NCBI GenBank assembly: GCA_945897435.1
Contig: CAMDFJ010000003.1
Location: 6,056 to 70,055 of the forward strand
Direction: 5' to 3'
Length of the DNA stretch: 64,000 nt
DNA from: Candidatus Kuenenia stuttgartensis
GTDB taxonomy: Bacteria > Planctomycetota > Planctomycetia > Pirellulales > UBA1268
Part shown: one piece after another, positions 35,882 to 46,769 of the stretch
Position numbering within the stretch: the first letter of the stretch is position 1
Layout of the letters: every line of letters begins with the position of its first letter
Notes under the pieces: generated by a model
The model's database searches: none
Seen by the model: only the letters and a program-made list of their open reading frames with translations
Told to the model about the DNA's origin: nothing
Translations under genes and position numbers: made by a program

Positions 35882-37126
35882 CTATTGCAGCCGGCCTGGG
35901 AGTGCGGCTGTGGGGCTGCCTGTCTGTCGCAGAGATGCAGGATGCCATGAGGTCGTGTGGCTGGTCGGCTCGAGCAGTCGCGGGAAGGCACCTGTGGCCC
36001 CGGTCGGACCGGCGCCCGGCACGACGGGCATTCCGATCGGGCCATTCGTGCCACTGCCCGTTCCAGCGGCAGTTCCCGGAATGGTTCCTGGAACCGCCGG
36101 CACTGCTGAGGCACCAGGTGCCGTGCCGCTGCCGGTTGCCGGCGCCAGGGCCGGGGCCGCCGTGGACGGTAGCGGACCGATCGGTCGCAGGGCTGGCGCT
36201 GGACTGATGCCGGTCGGGGCGGTTCCGGCTCCCATCTGAGGACTGATCGTCTGGCCGGGAACGCTCCGCGGCATGTCGGGAATCGGCTTCAGCGACGGGG
36301 CAGGGGTGAGGGCGGGGGGGGCAGTCGGCTGAAGCGGGGCCTGCACCGGAGCCGGGGCGGCGTAGGTGCCGGCCTGCGGCACGATCTGCTGCTGCTGGAA
36401 TGTCGGCGGCAATCCGGGCTGGCCGACTGCGGGAGACTGGAAACCTCCCTGCGGAGGCATCCCCTGCGGGACGAATCCCTGCGGAAGGGTCGGTGCGGCA
36501 ATGCTCGACTGTCCGGGCACGAGCTGCTGGGGAATGTCGGCACCAGCGGCACCCCAGGCCTGCGGTGCCGTCTGAACAGGTGCCGTGAACGGGCTCGCGG
36601 CCGGGACGCCAGGCGCGATCGGCGCGATCGGCGTGATCGGCTGGGGAACGTAGCCGGGGTAGGCGGGCGCGGCGACGGGTGCCGTCGGCACGCCGTAGGA
36701 CGGGGCCGATTGCTGCATCTGGACGTACTTGGTCGAGTAGACGGCACGATACTGCGTGACCGGCACGTTCACCGCCTGCTGGACATAGTCGGTGACCTGC
36801 TGCATGCACTCACGCGGGCAGCCGGTGCAGGGATCGATCTCGCTCGAGGGCTTGTAGCTGGTCACAGGGACGGTCTTGTACTGCGTGCGGTAGGTGGTCT
36901 CGGGAACGTAGCTGACCTGCTGCACGGGCACCACGACCGGCGGCGGCGGTGCCGGAATCGGCGCCACGACGGGCGCGACCGCATAGGCCGGCGGTGCCTT
37001 GCGGAAACAAGAAGAACAGCCCGCGAACAGGCCATCCAGGCAGCACTGCGCCTCACCCGTCCGGGAACCGGCGGATACCAGACCTCCCGCCATCAGCAGG
37101 ACGATGATCCAACGACGCATCTTCAT
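35882..37126 (-). CDS. secreted Pro/Ala/Gln-rich low-complexity protein with Cys-rich N-terminus
   Basis: MKMRRWIIVLLMAGGLVSA signal, CCLDGLFAGCSSCF, repeated V-P-x-T-x-Y-R-x-x-Y motifs, then a long P/A/G/Q tract. Start at the internal Met (37126). Confidence 0.55.
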   Translation of the reverse strand: MKMRRWIIVLLMAGGLVSAGSRTGEAQCCLDGLFAGCSSCFRKAPPAYAVAPVVAPIPAPPPPVVVPVQQVSYVPETTYRTQYKTVPVTSYKPSSEIDPCTGCPRECMQQVTDYVQQAVNVPVTQYRAVYSTKYVQMQQSAPSYGVPTAPVAAPAYPGYVPQPITPIAPIAPGVPAASPFTAPVQTAPQAWGAAGADIPQQLVPGQSSIAAPTLPQGFVPQGMPPQGGFQSPAVGQPGLPPTFQQQQIVPQAGTYAAPAPVQAPLQPTAPPALTPAPSLKPIPDMPRSVPGQTISPQMGAGTAPTGISPAPALRPIGPLPSTAAPALAPATGSGTAPGASAVPAVPGTIPGTAAGTGSGTNGPIGMPVVPGAGPTGATGAFPRLLEPTSHTTSWHPASLRQTGSPTAALPGRLQ

Positions 37127-37342
37127 CTCAGGCTCCTCGACTCGTTTCGGTCCAAGGTCCGGGAATTCCCCGGATTTCTCGACCGTACCCAAGCCTAGGT
37201 CGCCCTTCCGTCAGGCCGGCGAAAAAAATTGCGGCGGGCTCGTGAATTTTCCCGATTCCGGCCTCACGACCGGCATGGCAGCCACGACCGTCACGACTCG
37301 ACCAGAACCAGAGCGTTTCGCACATGGCCGAACGACCGATCC

Positions 37343-37981
37343 TCAACGGCCGCGGCGGCGCTCCTCGAACAGGTCGTAGAGCCTGAACAGCGCGTCGCGA
37401 ATGTCTCCGGACGACTGTTCGAATGCGGAGGCAACATCGGCATCGTCGATCAGCCCCCCGTCCAACGCATCCCCGGCAGGAAGTCTGCGAACGATCGCCG
37501 CCAGCAGCGCAGGAGTCGTCTCACAGACGGCCAACGGAGGGAGGTCTCCACCGCTGTGGGCCGTAACGACGAGCCGGCACCTCCGCAGCCGGGCGACCAG
37601 CAGTGCGATCGCGGCGCCTGGGCCGCCGAGCTGCTCCCAGCTGTCGATGCAGATCAGCGAATCCGACGGGCTGCCGGCGAGGCTGTTCAGGATCGGGATC
37701 AGATCCCACGGCGAACGAACGCGGATCCGGACGACCCGATCTCCTCGTCGCTCCGCGGTCTCAGCGAGCCTGTGGAGCAGCGTCGTCTTGCCGTGACCAT
37801 GCCTGCCGAGAATCGCGGCCCGGCCGCCCTCTCGGACGAGTCGGTCGAGCAGTTTCCCGAGTTCGAGCGGCTCTCCTTCCCGATCGAGCGGTTCAACGCG
37901 ACCAGGCGCGGTGTGACGAGTGGAAAATGGATTCCCGACGAATCGCTCGACGGCAGCTGATTCGGATGCCTGCAGGCTCAC
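37343..37981 (-). CDS. small AAA+/P-loop NTPase (DnaA/Hda/clamp-loader-like core)
   Basis: Walker A ILGRHGHGKTTLL. Walker B-like SLICIDSWEQL. Sensor-2-like SSGDIRDALFRLYDLF. The GTG at 37981 overlaps the upstream stop (GTGA). Confidence 0.6.
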   Translation of the reverse strand: MSLQASESAAVERFVGNPFSTRHTAPGRVEPLDREGEPLELGKLLDRLVREGGRAAILGRHGHGKTTLLHRLAETAERRGDRVVRIRVRSPWDLIPILNSLAGSPSDSLICIDSWEQLGGPGAAIALLVARLRRCRLVVTAHSGGDLPPLAVCETTPALLAAIVRRLPAGDALDGGLIDDADVASAFEQSSGDIRDALFRLYDLFEERRRGR

Positions 37982-38430
37982 TCCAGTCGCTCCAGCGGGG
38001 CCCTGGCAGGCGAAATGCCACCGACATCGAACACATGTTCGGAGACGAAATCCCGGTTGTCTGCGAAGAAGATCCGCACACGGACGCACCAGCGGACCTT
38101 CACGATCAGACCCTCGTAGGAGAGCGGGCTCATCGGCAGTCGGATCGTGAATTCGCCCCACGGACAGACTGCCGGCAGACCCTCGGTCTCGTCGATCCGC
38201 TCGAACCAGTGGACTCCGAGATCCTCCTCCCCCTTGCCCTCGGTGTACCAGAGCACCGACCGCTCGACCGCACGCAGCGGCTCCCCCCCGAGGCCCTCGA
38301 TATCGTGGCGAACGGCGAGCTGCTGTCGGGGTGCGTAGTCGCGGCCCGGCCGGTCAAAGTGCACCATCACCCGGGGCATGGCTGTCGAGCCACTCCCCTG
38401 CGACCCTCCCGCAATCGACCCCTGCGGCAT
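37978..38430 (-). CDS. hypothetical small beta-rich protein (arrestin/Spo0M-like pattern, tentative)
   Basis: ATG at 38430, 2 nt after the upstream stop. Strand-like pattern: RVMVHFD...LAVRHDIEG...VLWYTEGKGEEDLGV...FTIRLP...GLIVKVRWCVRVRIF. Confidence 0.5.
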   Translation of the reverse strand: MPQGSIAGGSQGSGSTAMPRVMVHFDRPGRDYAPRQQLAVRHDIEGLGGEPLRAVERSVLWYTEGKGEEDLGVHWFERIDETEGLPAVCPWGEFTIRLPMSPLSYEGLIVKVRWCVRVRIFFADNRDFVSEHVFDVGGISPARAPLERLE

Positions 38431-38432
38431 GC

Positions 38433-39533
38433 TCACGCCGTTCCTCCAGCAGCCAACGTCTCCTGATCGAGCGCTGCATCCGCCACAGCCGTGGCGTCCG
38501 TCGGAAATATGACCAGTGGAAAGACCCGGACGAATGGCGGCCAGCGGTCCGGCCTGCCAATGACCACGACCCGCCACTTGACCGCATTGTGCTCCGAGGC
38601 GAACGAGTGCATCGCCGACGGCGGAATCGAAAGCGTGACGTGGGTCTCGAATCGCCCACCGGCCGCGATCGGCACGTCGGTCCAGGTCTTCACGCTTTCT
38701 CGCCAGACGACCGCCCTGTCGGTGCGGGTGTCGGTGCCCTGGCGAAACGTCGCGAACTCCTCGAGTTCGAGATACAGCTCCAAAGACCGGAGCGAGCCCG
38801 TGCCGCCCTGTCCGATCAGCATGTCATAGCTGCCGCCGGGAACCAGCGGATGGTCGGAAATCTCAACCTGCGTCGGCCCGACGGCCGTCGTCAGAACGAG
38901 CATCCGGATGAAGAGAACGACGCCGCCGATGCCGATCGCGACGAATCCGGCCAGCAGGGCGAGAAGCAGCCAATCGGTCCGGCCGCGCAGCAGATCCGCT
39001 CCAGCCCCGACGGCGAGCACGACAACGACGGCATTCCAGAGCGCGGCAAACAGGCCGAGGCCGAGCAATGTCCAGCTTTCAGGGCTCTCGATCGGCAGTC
39101 GATAGCGGAGGATCGTGCCCGGGGAGTTGACGAGGTCATCGCAGGTTGGAACGCCCGGATGGCCGGGGGCCTCGTCCGCTGCATGGCCCATGGCGTCTCG
39201 AAGCGAGACAGACCCCGAACCCGCGGCCCTCCGCTCCTGGGATTTGCCCCAGCCACTGAGGATCCGCACCAATCCTGAACCGCCGAAGGCCAGCAGGGCC
39301 CCGGGAATCAGGAGCACCAGGATCGCCAGCCACCAGTTTCTGCCGACGCCCGAATCATTGGCATCGAGTCTGGGCCAGCCCACGCCCGCAGCACCGGTCA
39401 GCACCGTGCCGCCGAAGAGCAGGCCGGCGGCGACGAGCGCCAAGTAGAAGAGCCCCTCGGCGAACGAACCCCAGGCCTCAGAACCCGTCCGACGATGGCC
39501 GCGTTTCTTTCCGAAAAGCCGCGGCAGTTTCAC
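38433..39533 (-). CDS. multi-TM membrane protein with C-terminal beta-rich domain resembling the next gene
   Basis: 366 aa with at least four hydrophobic helices (LFYLALVAAGLLFGG, WWLAILVLLIPGALLAFGG, LLGLGLFAALWNAVVVVLAV, LLLALLAGFVAIGIGGVVLFI). C-terminus: VEISDHPLVPGGSYDM...LELYLELEE...VKWRVVVIG. GTG start. Confidence 0.6.
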   Translation of the reverse strand: MKLPRLFGKKRGHRRTGSEAWGSFAEGLFYLALVAAGLLFGGTVLTGAAGVGWPRLDANDSGVGRNWWLAILVLLIPGALLAFGGSGLVRILSGWGKSQERRAAGSGSVSLRDAMGHAADEAPGHPGVPTCDDLVNSPGTILRYRLPIESPESWTLLGLGLFAALWNAVVVVLAVGAGADLLRGRTDWLLLALLAGFVAIGIGGVVLFIRMLVLTTAVGPTQVEISDHPLVPGGSYDMLIGQGGTGSLRSLELYLELEEFATFRQGTDTRTDRAVVWRESVKTWTDVPIAAGGRFETHVTLSIPPSAMHSFASEHNAVKWRVVVIGRPDRWPPFVRVFPLVIFPTDATAVADAALDQETLAAGGTA

Positions 39534-39552
39534 GATCTCCCTCCACGGCCTG

Positions 39553-39855
39553 CTAGGCGACCGTTTCGTGACGCTTCATGTCGGCCGTAATCGGCGACTC
39601 CGAACCGTTCGAGGTCCTGAAAAAACCGATTTTCTCCAATGACCGATAGACCTCCTCGAGCGTTTTCTCTCCAAAATTCGAGATCGAGAGCAGATCGGCT
39701 CGAGTGCAGTTGAGCAGGTCGTGCACGGTGAAAATGCCCTTCTCCTCGAGGCAATTCGTGGTCCGTACCGAGAGGCCGATCTCCGCCGTGCTCATCTCGA
39801 GTTTCTCGGCCATTTCATCGGACTGGGTCAGATTCTTGTATGGAACGCGTGCCAT
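39553..39855 (-). CDS. stand-alone RNA polymerase alpha-subunit C-terminal-domain-like (HhH) protein
   Basis: 100 aa from the ATG at 39855. EIGLSVRTTNCLEEKGIFTVHDLLNCTRADLLSISNFGEKTLEEVYRSLEKIG matches the RpoA alpha-CTD helix-hairpin-helix. GGGAGGG SD upstream. The rest of ORF 39553..40989 is antisense to the helicase. Confidence 0.7.
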   Translation of the reverse strand: MARVPYKNLTQSDEMAEKLEMSTAEIGLSVRTTNCLEEKGIFTVHDLLNCTRADLLSISNFGEKTLEEVYRSLEKIGFFRTSNGSESPITADMKRHETVA

Positions 39856-40017
39856 CGAAAGGTCCCTCCCTGGATTCCTTGACGTAACTTGCTGAACGGA
39901 AACACCGAACTCGTTGCCTGACCGTCGCTTCATCCGCGCGGAGGCACTCCGTACGGAATATAATCCAAACAATCGCGATCCGACTACCTCCACATGCTCG
40001 CATGCTAGCAGCCGGCC

Positions 40018-42429
40018 GTGGGCACGACCCCTCTCGACGAACTCAATGAATCGCAGCGACGTGCGGCAACGCATGTCGACGGGCCGCTGCTCGTGCTGGC
40101 CGGTCCCGGCAGCGGCAAGACGCGGGTCGTCACCCATCGCATCGCCCACCTGATTCGACAGGGGGTGCCGCCTGGCCAGATCGTGGCCCTCTCTTTCACA
40201 AACAAGGCCGCCGACGAGATGCGCAGGCGGGTGACGGAGCTGGTCGGCCCACAGCCGGTGGAGATGGGCACGTTTCACCGCTTCGCCGCCAGGCTCCTCC
40301 GCCGTCACGCCGGATTCGTCGGCCTGACAAGCGACTACTCGATCCTCGACCCGGATGATGCCGGGGCGATCCTCAAGCGGGCCGCGAAGAGGCTCGGCCT
40401 CTCGCTCTCGCACACGCCGATCGACCGGATCGCGGGCATCATCAGCCGGGCCAAGAACGATCTCCTCAGGCCCGAATCGTTCGAACCCCGCTGGGGCCGG
40501 CCGGCCGACGAGGTGGCCCAGCGACTCTGGCCCGTCTATCAGCAGATGCTGCTCGAGGCCAACGCCGTCGACTTCGACGATCTGCTGGTCCACGTGGCCC
40601 GGATGCTCAGCGAGAATCCCGATCTCCGCTCGATCCTCGACGCCCGTCATCGCTGGATCCTCGTCGACGAGTACCAGGATACGAATGCGGCGCAGTACTG
40701 CATCGTTCGCGGGCTCTCGATCGACCATCCCAATCTCGCCGTGACGGGCGACCCCGATCAGGCGATCTACGGCTGGCGCGGTGCCAGCATCCGCAACATC
40801 CTCGAATTCGAACGCGACTATCCGGCCGCCGTCGTCGTGAAGCTGGAGCACAACTACCGCAGCACGGGCAACATCCTCGGCACCGCGGACAGGCTGATCT
40901 CGAACAACTCCCGGCGCAAGCCGAAGCGGCTGATCACGGCCGCCGATCCCGGTGAGAGGGTGAGGATCGTGCTCGATTCGACGAGCCACGACGAGGCCGA
41001 CAGGATTGCCGACGAGATTGCCCAGTCGATTGACTTCGGCGGCCGCTCACCCCGCCAGTTTGCAATCCTCTTTCGAACCAACGCCCTGTCGCGGTCGCTC
41101 GAAGTGGCCCTCCGATCCCGCGGCGTTCCCTATCAGCTCGTTCGCGGTCTCGAATTCTTCAAACGCCGGGAGATCCGGGATGTGGTTGCCTGGCTGCGGC
41201 TGCTGCGGAATCCGAGGGACGACGAGGCGATGCTGCGGGTGGTCAATGTGCCACCCCGCGGCATCGGACGGCAGTCCCTCGAATTGCTCTCAGCCTGGGC
41301 GGAGGACCGGCGTGTCTCCCGACTCCAGGCCGCGGCGGATGCCGGCGGCATCCCGGGTATTTCCAGACGGGCCGCAAACGGTCTGGTCCAGTTTGCCCGG
41401 CTGCAGGCCGAACTCCGCGAGCTTGCCGCGGACGATGACCTGAAGGTCGCGTCACTGCTCGAGACGGTGCTCGAGCGGACGGGCTACCGTCGGATGCTCG
41501 CCGATGAGGGGGCCGACGAGGAGGGCAACGATCGACTCGCAAACGTCGAGGAACTGGTGACGGCGGCCCAGCAGCACGACGCCGACTGGGCGGAGGGGAG
41601 CAGCGACGGCGCCGACACCGACCTCGCGGCCGAGGATTCGCTTGGCAGCTTTCTGGAGACCACCGCGCTCGTCGCCGACACCGACGTCTGGGACCCGGCC
41701 ATCGAACGGGTCGCCCTGATGACCTTCCACGCTGCCAAGGGGCTCGAATTCCCCGTCGTCTACATGATTGCAATGGAGGATGGGATCCTGCCCCACGAAC
41801 GGAGCCTCGACAACCCGGAACAGCTCGAGGAGGAGCGCAGGCTGGTGTTCGTCGGGATCACGCGAGGCATGCAACAGGTGCAGGCCAGCTGCGCCCGCAT
41901 CCGCGACTACCGCGGCACCCGACGGATCTCGGCACCGAGTATCTTTCTCGCCGAAATGACCGGCTCGGAGACGCTCGTCACAGGTGTCGAGGCTCCGGCC
42001 GGCGGCCAGTTCGGCGGTCCAGCTTCGGCCGAATTCGATCAGCCGCCCCCCCGCGACAGCTTCGACGAAACCCAGGATCATGAGGAGGCCTCCGACGAGG
42101 AACACCGCGGCCGAAGAATTCCGCGACAGGACGGACTCACGCTGGAACTCGACGACGCGGCAGGGGAGCGACCTGTCCGCAGCCAGCGGCGGCGCACCAC
42201 GGCAGCCTTCGAGACCGCGGCGGAGATGGCGGCCCGGCTCGACGGGATGAAGCGACCCGCGGTCCGCTACGAGCCGGGGCAGCGGGTGAGGCACGCGGAG
42301 TATGGCGAGGGAATGCTCTCTGGCATCAGCGGCTCGGGGCCGCGGGCGGTGGGCACGGTGATTTTCGACGGCCCGGCGGGAACGAGAAAATTCATCCTCG
42401 GCCACGGCTCGCTCGAACCCGTCAGCTGA
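40018..42429 (+). CDS. uvrD: UvrD/PcrA/Rep-family ATP-dependent DNA helicase
   Basis: LLVLAGPGSGKTRVVTHRIAHLI, ILVDEYQDTNAAQY, LEHNYRSTGNIL, MTFHAAKGLEFPVVYM. C-terminal Tudor-like tail: YEPGQRVRHAEYGEGML. Confidence 0.92.
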   Translation: MGTTPLDELNESQRRAATHVDGPLLVLAGPGSGKTRVVTHRIAHLIRQGVPPGQIVALSFTNKAADEMRRRVTELVGPQPVEMGTFHRFAARLLRRHAGFVGLTSDYSILDPDDAGAILKRAAKRLGLSLSHTPIDRIAGIISRAKNDLLRPESFEPRWGRPADEVAQRLWPVYQQMLLEANAVDFDDLLVHVARMLSENPDLRSILDARHRWILVDEYQDTNAAQYCIVRGLSIDHPNLAVTGDPDQAIYGWRGASIRNILEFERDYPAAVVVKLEHNYRSTGNILGTADRLISNNSRRKPKRLITAADPGERVRIVLDSTSHDEADRIADEIAQSIDFGGRSPRQFAILFRTNALSRSLEVALRSRGVPYQLVRGLEFFKRREIRDVVAWLRLLRNPRDDEAMLRVVNVPPRGIGRQSLELLSAWAEDRRVSRLQAAADAGGIPGISRRAANGLVQFARLQAELRELAADDDLKVASLLETVLERTGYRRMLADEGADEEGNDRLANVEELVTAAQQHDADWAEGSSDGADTDLAAEDSLGSFLETTALVADTDVWDPAIERVALMTFHAAKGLEFPVVYMIAMEDGILPHERSLDNPEQLEEERRLVFVGITRGMQQVQASCARIRDYRGTRRISAPSIFLAEMTGSETLVTGVEAPAGGQFGGPASAEFDQPPPRDSFDETQDHEEASDEEHRGRRIPRQDGLTLELDDAAGERPVRSQRRRTTAAFETAAEMAARLDGMKRPAVRYEPGQRVRHAEYGEGMLSGISGSGPRAVGTVIFDGPAGTRKFILGHGSLEPVS

Positions 42430-42451
42430 TCATCCGTCGCAGACCCCGTGC

Positions 42452-43555
<1,104 letters not shown>

Positions 43556-43632
43556 TCAGCGGTCCGGCGGCTCGCCAGCCCGCGGAGCGATGCCCCGCAG
43601 GAAGCGGAGCGTACCGTCTGCCGAGGGTCGAG

Positions 43633-44343
43633 TCAGCCCGAATTGCCGGCCTTTTTGGTGCCACCGGGACGCTGCTCCGGAGGGCCGAAAACCGCATTGT
43701 CGAATTCGGGCAGCAACGCCGCCAGAAAGTCGGCACAGACCCGGGTGGCCTCGCCATTCGGAAGCCTGGTCTCGTCGATGATGGCGTAGAGTTTGTAGAC
43801 GGCCGACCTGCCGGCCAGTTCGATTCGAGCGATCTGCGGTGCGATCCAGCGGCCATCGACCCCGTAGGTCCAGAACACCCGCAGCGTCTGACCGGTCTTG
43901 CGGAACGTGCCGGTGAACGTTTCGGCCTCGCTGCCATCGGCCAGTGGGATGGTCTGCCTGTGCTCCGCCTCGGCGATCTCGAATCCGGCGCCCGGATAAC
44001 AGCGGTCCGGCGTGTGGCCGGATGCGTGATGCGGTGTGGCACAGACGACGAACGTCGACACCTTCGCCCCCGTCTCCTTGTTGACATACAGGTGCGATAC
44101 ATGGCCGACAGCACCCGCCCGTTCCAACTGTTTGGGATCAGAGGGCAGTTCCTCGACGTAGTCCCAACTGCCGAACCGCCGCGGAAACCGGGCTTCGAGC
44201 AGGTCGGCCGCCTGCTTCAATTCGGAGGCGACGTCTCGGCCACTCCAACGCTCCGTGAGCGCCCCATGCAGCAGCGTGACAGCACCAACCAACCCCACGC
44301 CAATGGCGACCGGCAGCATGCCCGCGAATCGAGAGGTCTTCAT
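43633..44343 (-). CDS. exosortase-associated EpsI-family protein
   Basis: N-terminal TM. HHASGHTPDRCYPGAGFEI resembles the EpsI motif H-x-P-x-x-C-x-PG-x-G. It lies in an exosortase locus. Confidence 0.7.
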   Translation of the reverse strand: MKTSRFAGMLPVAIGVGLVGAVTLLHGALTERWSGRDVASELKQAADLLEARFPRRFGSWDYVEELPSDPKQLERAGAVGHVSHLYVNKETGAKVSTFVVCATPHHASGHTPDRCYPGAGFEIAEAEHRQTIPLADGSEAETFTGTFRKTGQTLRVFWTYGVDGRWIAPQIARIELAGRSAVYKLYAIIDETRLPNGEATRVCADFLAALLPEFDNAVFGPPEQRPGGTKKAGNSG

Positions 44344-44376
44344 GCTCGGGCTCCGGAAGCGATGGTTTGCTGGGAA

Positions 44377-46611
44377 CTAGCCTGGCAGCGGCGACGCATA
44401 GAGCCGCCGCGGGCCGGAGTCGACGACTCCGTTGACCGCCACGCCGAGCACCCTGATTCCCACGGATCGCAGCCTGTCGATCGCAGCCTGCATCAGCGGC
44501 ACCCGACTCGAATCCCGCATCGCGGCGACGATCGCGACATCGCTCTGCTGTCCGAGCAGCAGCGCGTCGGCGAATGCCAGCACCGGCCCGGCATCGATCA
44601 CGACGTGGTCGAACGATTCCCGATAAGCCTTGAGCAGTTTTGCCAATTCGGGTCTCGAAAGCGCCGTCACAGCCGCGTAGTCACAGCTTCCACCGGTGAC
44701 GGCAAACAGCCCGTCAACACTCGTCGGCTGCACTGCCTCGTCGTTGCCGATCTCGCCCCGCAGCAATTCCGAGATTCCGGCGGCTTGTTCTATCCCGAGC
44801 GCCAGGTGGGCGTTCGGATGTCGCAGATCCCCGTCGATCAGAAGCGTCCGCTTGTCCGAACGGGCGAGGCTCGCCGCCAACTGGGAGGCGAAGGTGGTCT
44901 TCCCCTCGTGCTCCGCGGCGCTCGTGACCAGAATCACTTTTGGCGGTGTCCGGCCGGCCTGCATGATCAATGCCCTCGCGCCATCGACGCACTCCGCCAT
45001 CAGCCCGTCATAGCCACCGGCCCGCTTGCGATTGGCTCGTGGCAGCGTCCCGAGCACGCGGACCCCGAGCCGACGTGGCACATCGTCGGCCGTGTTGAGG
45101 CGATCCCGCAGATACTCGAACATCACGATCGATCCGCCGCCGAGCACGAGCCCGGCCAGGCCGGCCAACGAGGAGACCATCATTCTGAACCAGCGATCGT
45201 TCCCCTCCGGAACGCTCGCCTCCTCGATCAGCGTCACCCGACTCGGCATCGAGAGGTCGAGCGACGATGTCTCGAGCTGGATGCCGATCTGATCGGTCAC
45301 CCGCTGCAGCTGCTCGATCTCGCCCCGGCGTGCCTCGAGGTCGGCATTCGCCTTGCCGAGTTCCGTGGCATCCTTGGCAACCTTGTCGAATTCCTTGGAG
45401 ATCTCCGCAACGCTCGCCGCAAGCATCTCCCGTCGCATCCGCAGGATGACAGGACTTTCGAGCTGCCGGCTCCCAGCCTGGCCGGCCCCGAGTTCGGCCG
45501 TGAGTTGGGCCGCGATCTGAGGCTTCAGCTGCTGCTTTCGCTCCTCGATCCGCTGCAGGATCTGATCCCGCTGCGACCGCATCCGTCGCACGGCCGGCTC
45601 GTTGGTGCCCCGGGCACTCCGCTCCTGCTGAAACAGGATCGCCTCCTCGATGCCAGCCAGTCGTTCGTTGAGCTGGATGATCTGCGGATCACGGATCATG
45701 GCCGACTCGAGAGACTCGTCCGAGAGGCCGTGGTTGTCGGCGAAGTCGCCCCGATCCTTGGCATCCAGAACCGCCAGCTCGGCATCGATCACGGTGAGAT
45801 CCCTCTGGGCCTGGGAGAGCTGCGAACGCAGATTGCCCAGGTGGTCGAGAAGCAGGCCTCGCTGGGTGGCAACCTCCGCGCTGTCGCGGGTGCCGAGGGT
45901 GCGGGCGAGCGTATTGAAGGTCTCCCGCATCTCCCGCATCTCGGCCATGTTTTCCTTGTATCTCTTTTCCAAGGCGTCCCGCCGACCAAGGTTTTCGGCA
46001 CGCTCCTTGTTGACGATGTCGTCGAGGTAGGAGGCGGTGACGGCGTTGACCACCTTGGCGATGTCGGCGGGGTGTTCACCCCTGAGCCGAACCTGAAGGA
46101 CTTCGGACTCCATCGGGGCCGAAACCTGGATCGAACGGGAGAGCCAGCCGACCGGATCCTCGTCCTGCTCCCGAATGGTCTCCAGCTCCGAGATTCCGGG
46201 CTTGCGAAGAGCGCTCGTGAGCACGAATGGCGACTTGATCAGGGTCACCTGAGTCTTGCGGTAGGCCTCGTATTCACCGCCATCGCGGCCACCGCCGCTG
46301 AGCATGCCCGACTTGTCTCGGACCCGCAGCCAGGCCACGGCCTCGTAACCGCGGGGCAGGAAGAACCAGGTCGCCAGGGCCGCGGCGGAGGCCAGCAGGG
46401 TTCCGAGTGCGATGGCCGGAAGCCAGCGGCGGCGGAAGGAATGCCAGACCCGCGCGTAGTCGAGTCCGCCCGCCAGCGGATCTTCTGAGGAGATCTGACC
46501 TGGTGGAAATGCCGCCGGCAACTGCGGAACCAGACCGCCATCCCGCACGATCAGACCACCGGCGGATTCCGCCCCACTGGTCGCATCCATTGCTGTGGTC
46601 GTCTGGGTCAT
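44377..46611 (-). CDS. polysaccharide co-polymerase / tyrosine autokinase (Wzc/GumC-like)
   Basis: 744 aa. N-terminal Wzz-like TM plus long coiled coil. C-terminal P-loop: VILVTSAAEHEGKTTFASQLAASLA...TLLIDGDLRHP. Confidence 0.85.
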   Translation of the reverse strand: MTQTTTAMDATSGAESAGGLIVRDGGLVPQLPAAFPPGQISSEDPLAGGLDYARVWHSFRRRWLPAIALGTLLASAAALATWFFLPRGYEAVAWLRVRDKSGMLSGGGRDGGEYEAYRKTQVTLIKSPFVLTSALRKPGISELETIREQDEDPVGWLSRSIQVSAPMESEVLQVRLRGEHPADIAKVVNAVTASYLDDIVNKERAENLGRRDALEKRYKENMAEMREMRETFNTLARTLGTRDSAEVATQRGLLLDHLGNLRSQLSQAQRDLTVIDAELAVLDAKDRGDFADNHGLSDESLESAMIRDPQIIQLNERLAGIEEAILFQQERSARGTNEPAVRRMRSQRDQILQRIEERKQQLKPQIAAQLTAELGAGQAGSRQLESPVILRMRREMLAASVAEISKEFDKVAKDATELGKANADLEARRGEIEQLQRVTDQIGIQLETSSLDLSMPSRVTLIEEASVPEGNDRWFRMMVSSLAGLAGLVLGGGSIVMFEYLRDRLNTADDVPRRLGVRVLGTLPRANRKRAGGYDGLMAECVDGARALIMQAGRTPPKVILVTSAAEHEGKTTFASQLAASLARSDKRTLLIDGDLRHPNAHLALGIEQAAGISELLRGEIGNDEAVQPTSVDGLFAVTGGSCDYAAVTALSRPELAKLLKAYRESFDHVVIDAGPVLAFADALLLGQQSDVAIVAAMRDSSRVPLMQAAIDRLRSVGIRVLGVAVNGVVDSGPRRLYASPLPG

Positions 46612-46769
46612 GGCTGTCTGGTGATACGAAACCCGGCCCCCGCTGGTTCCGTCGTCGCGGGGAATTGTACGGCGGGCGGCAAGGCCGCGGGCCAGAACCG
46701 GATCCCACCGATCAACTGTAGCCCATAATTCTGTTCAATTCGAACGATTTTGCCGCCGCCGATCCGGTT

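Noticed and set aside
35652-36809. 385-aa minus-strand Arg/Pro-rich ORF, plus several + strand ORFs over 35.7-37.2 kb
   Set aside because: These are alternative frames of the Pro-rich low-complexity gene and the PolX 5' end. The chosen frame has a signal peptide and structured repeats.
39856-40989. N-terminal 378 aa of ORF 39553..40989
   Set aside because: This part is antisense to the UvrD/PcrA helicase. Only the last 100 codons, from the ATG at 39855 with a GGGAGGG SD, form a credible alpha-CTD-like gene.
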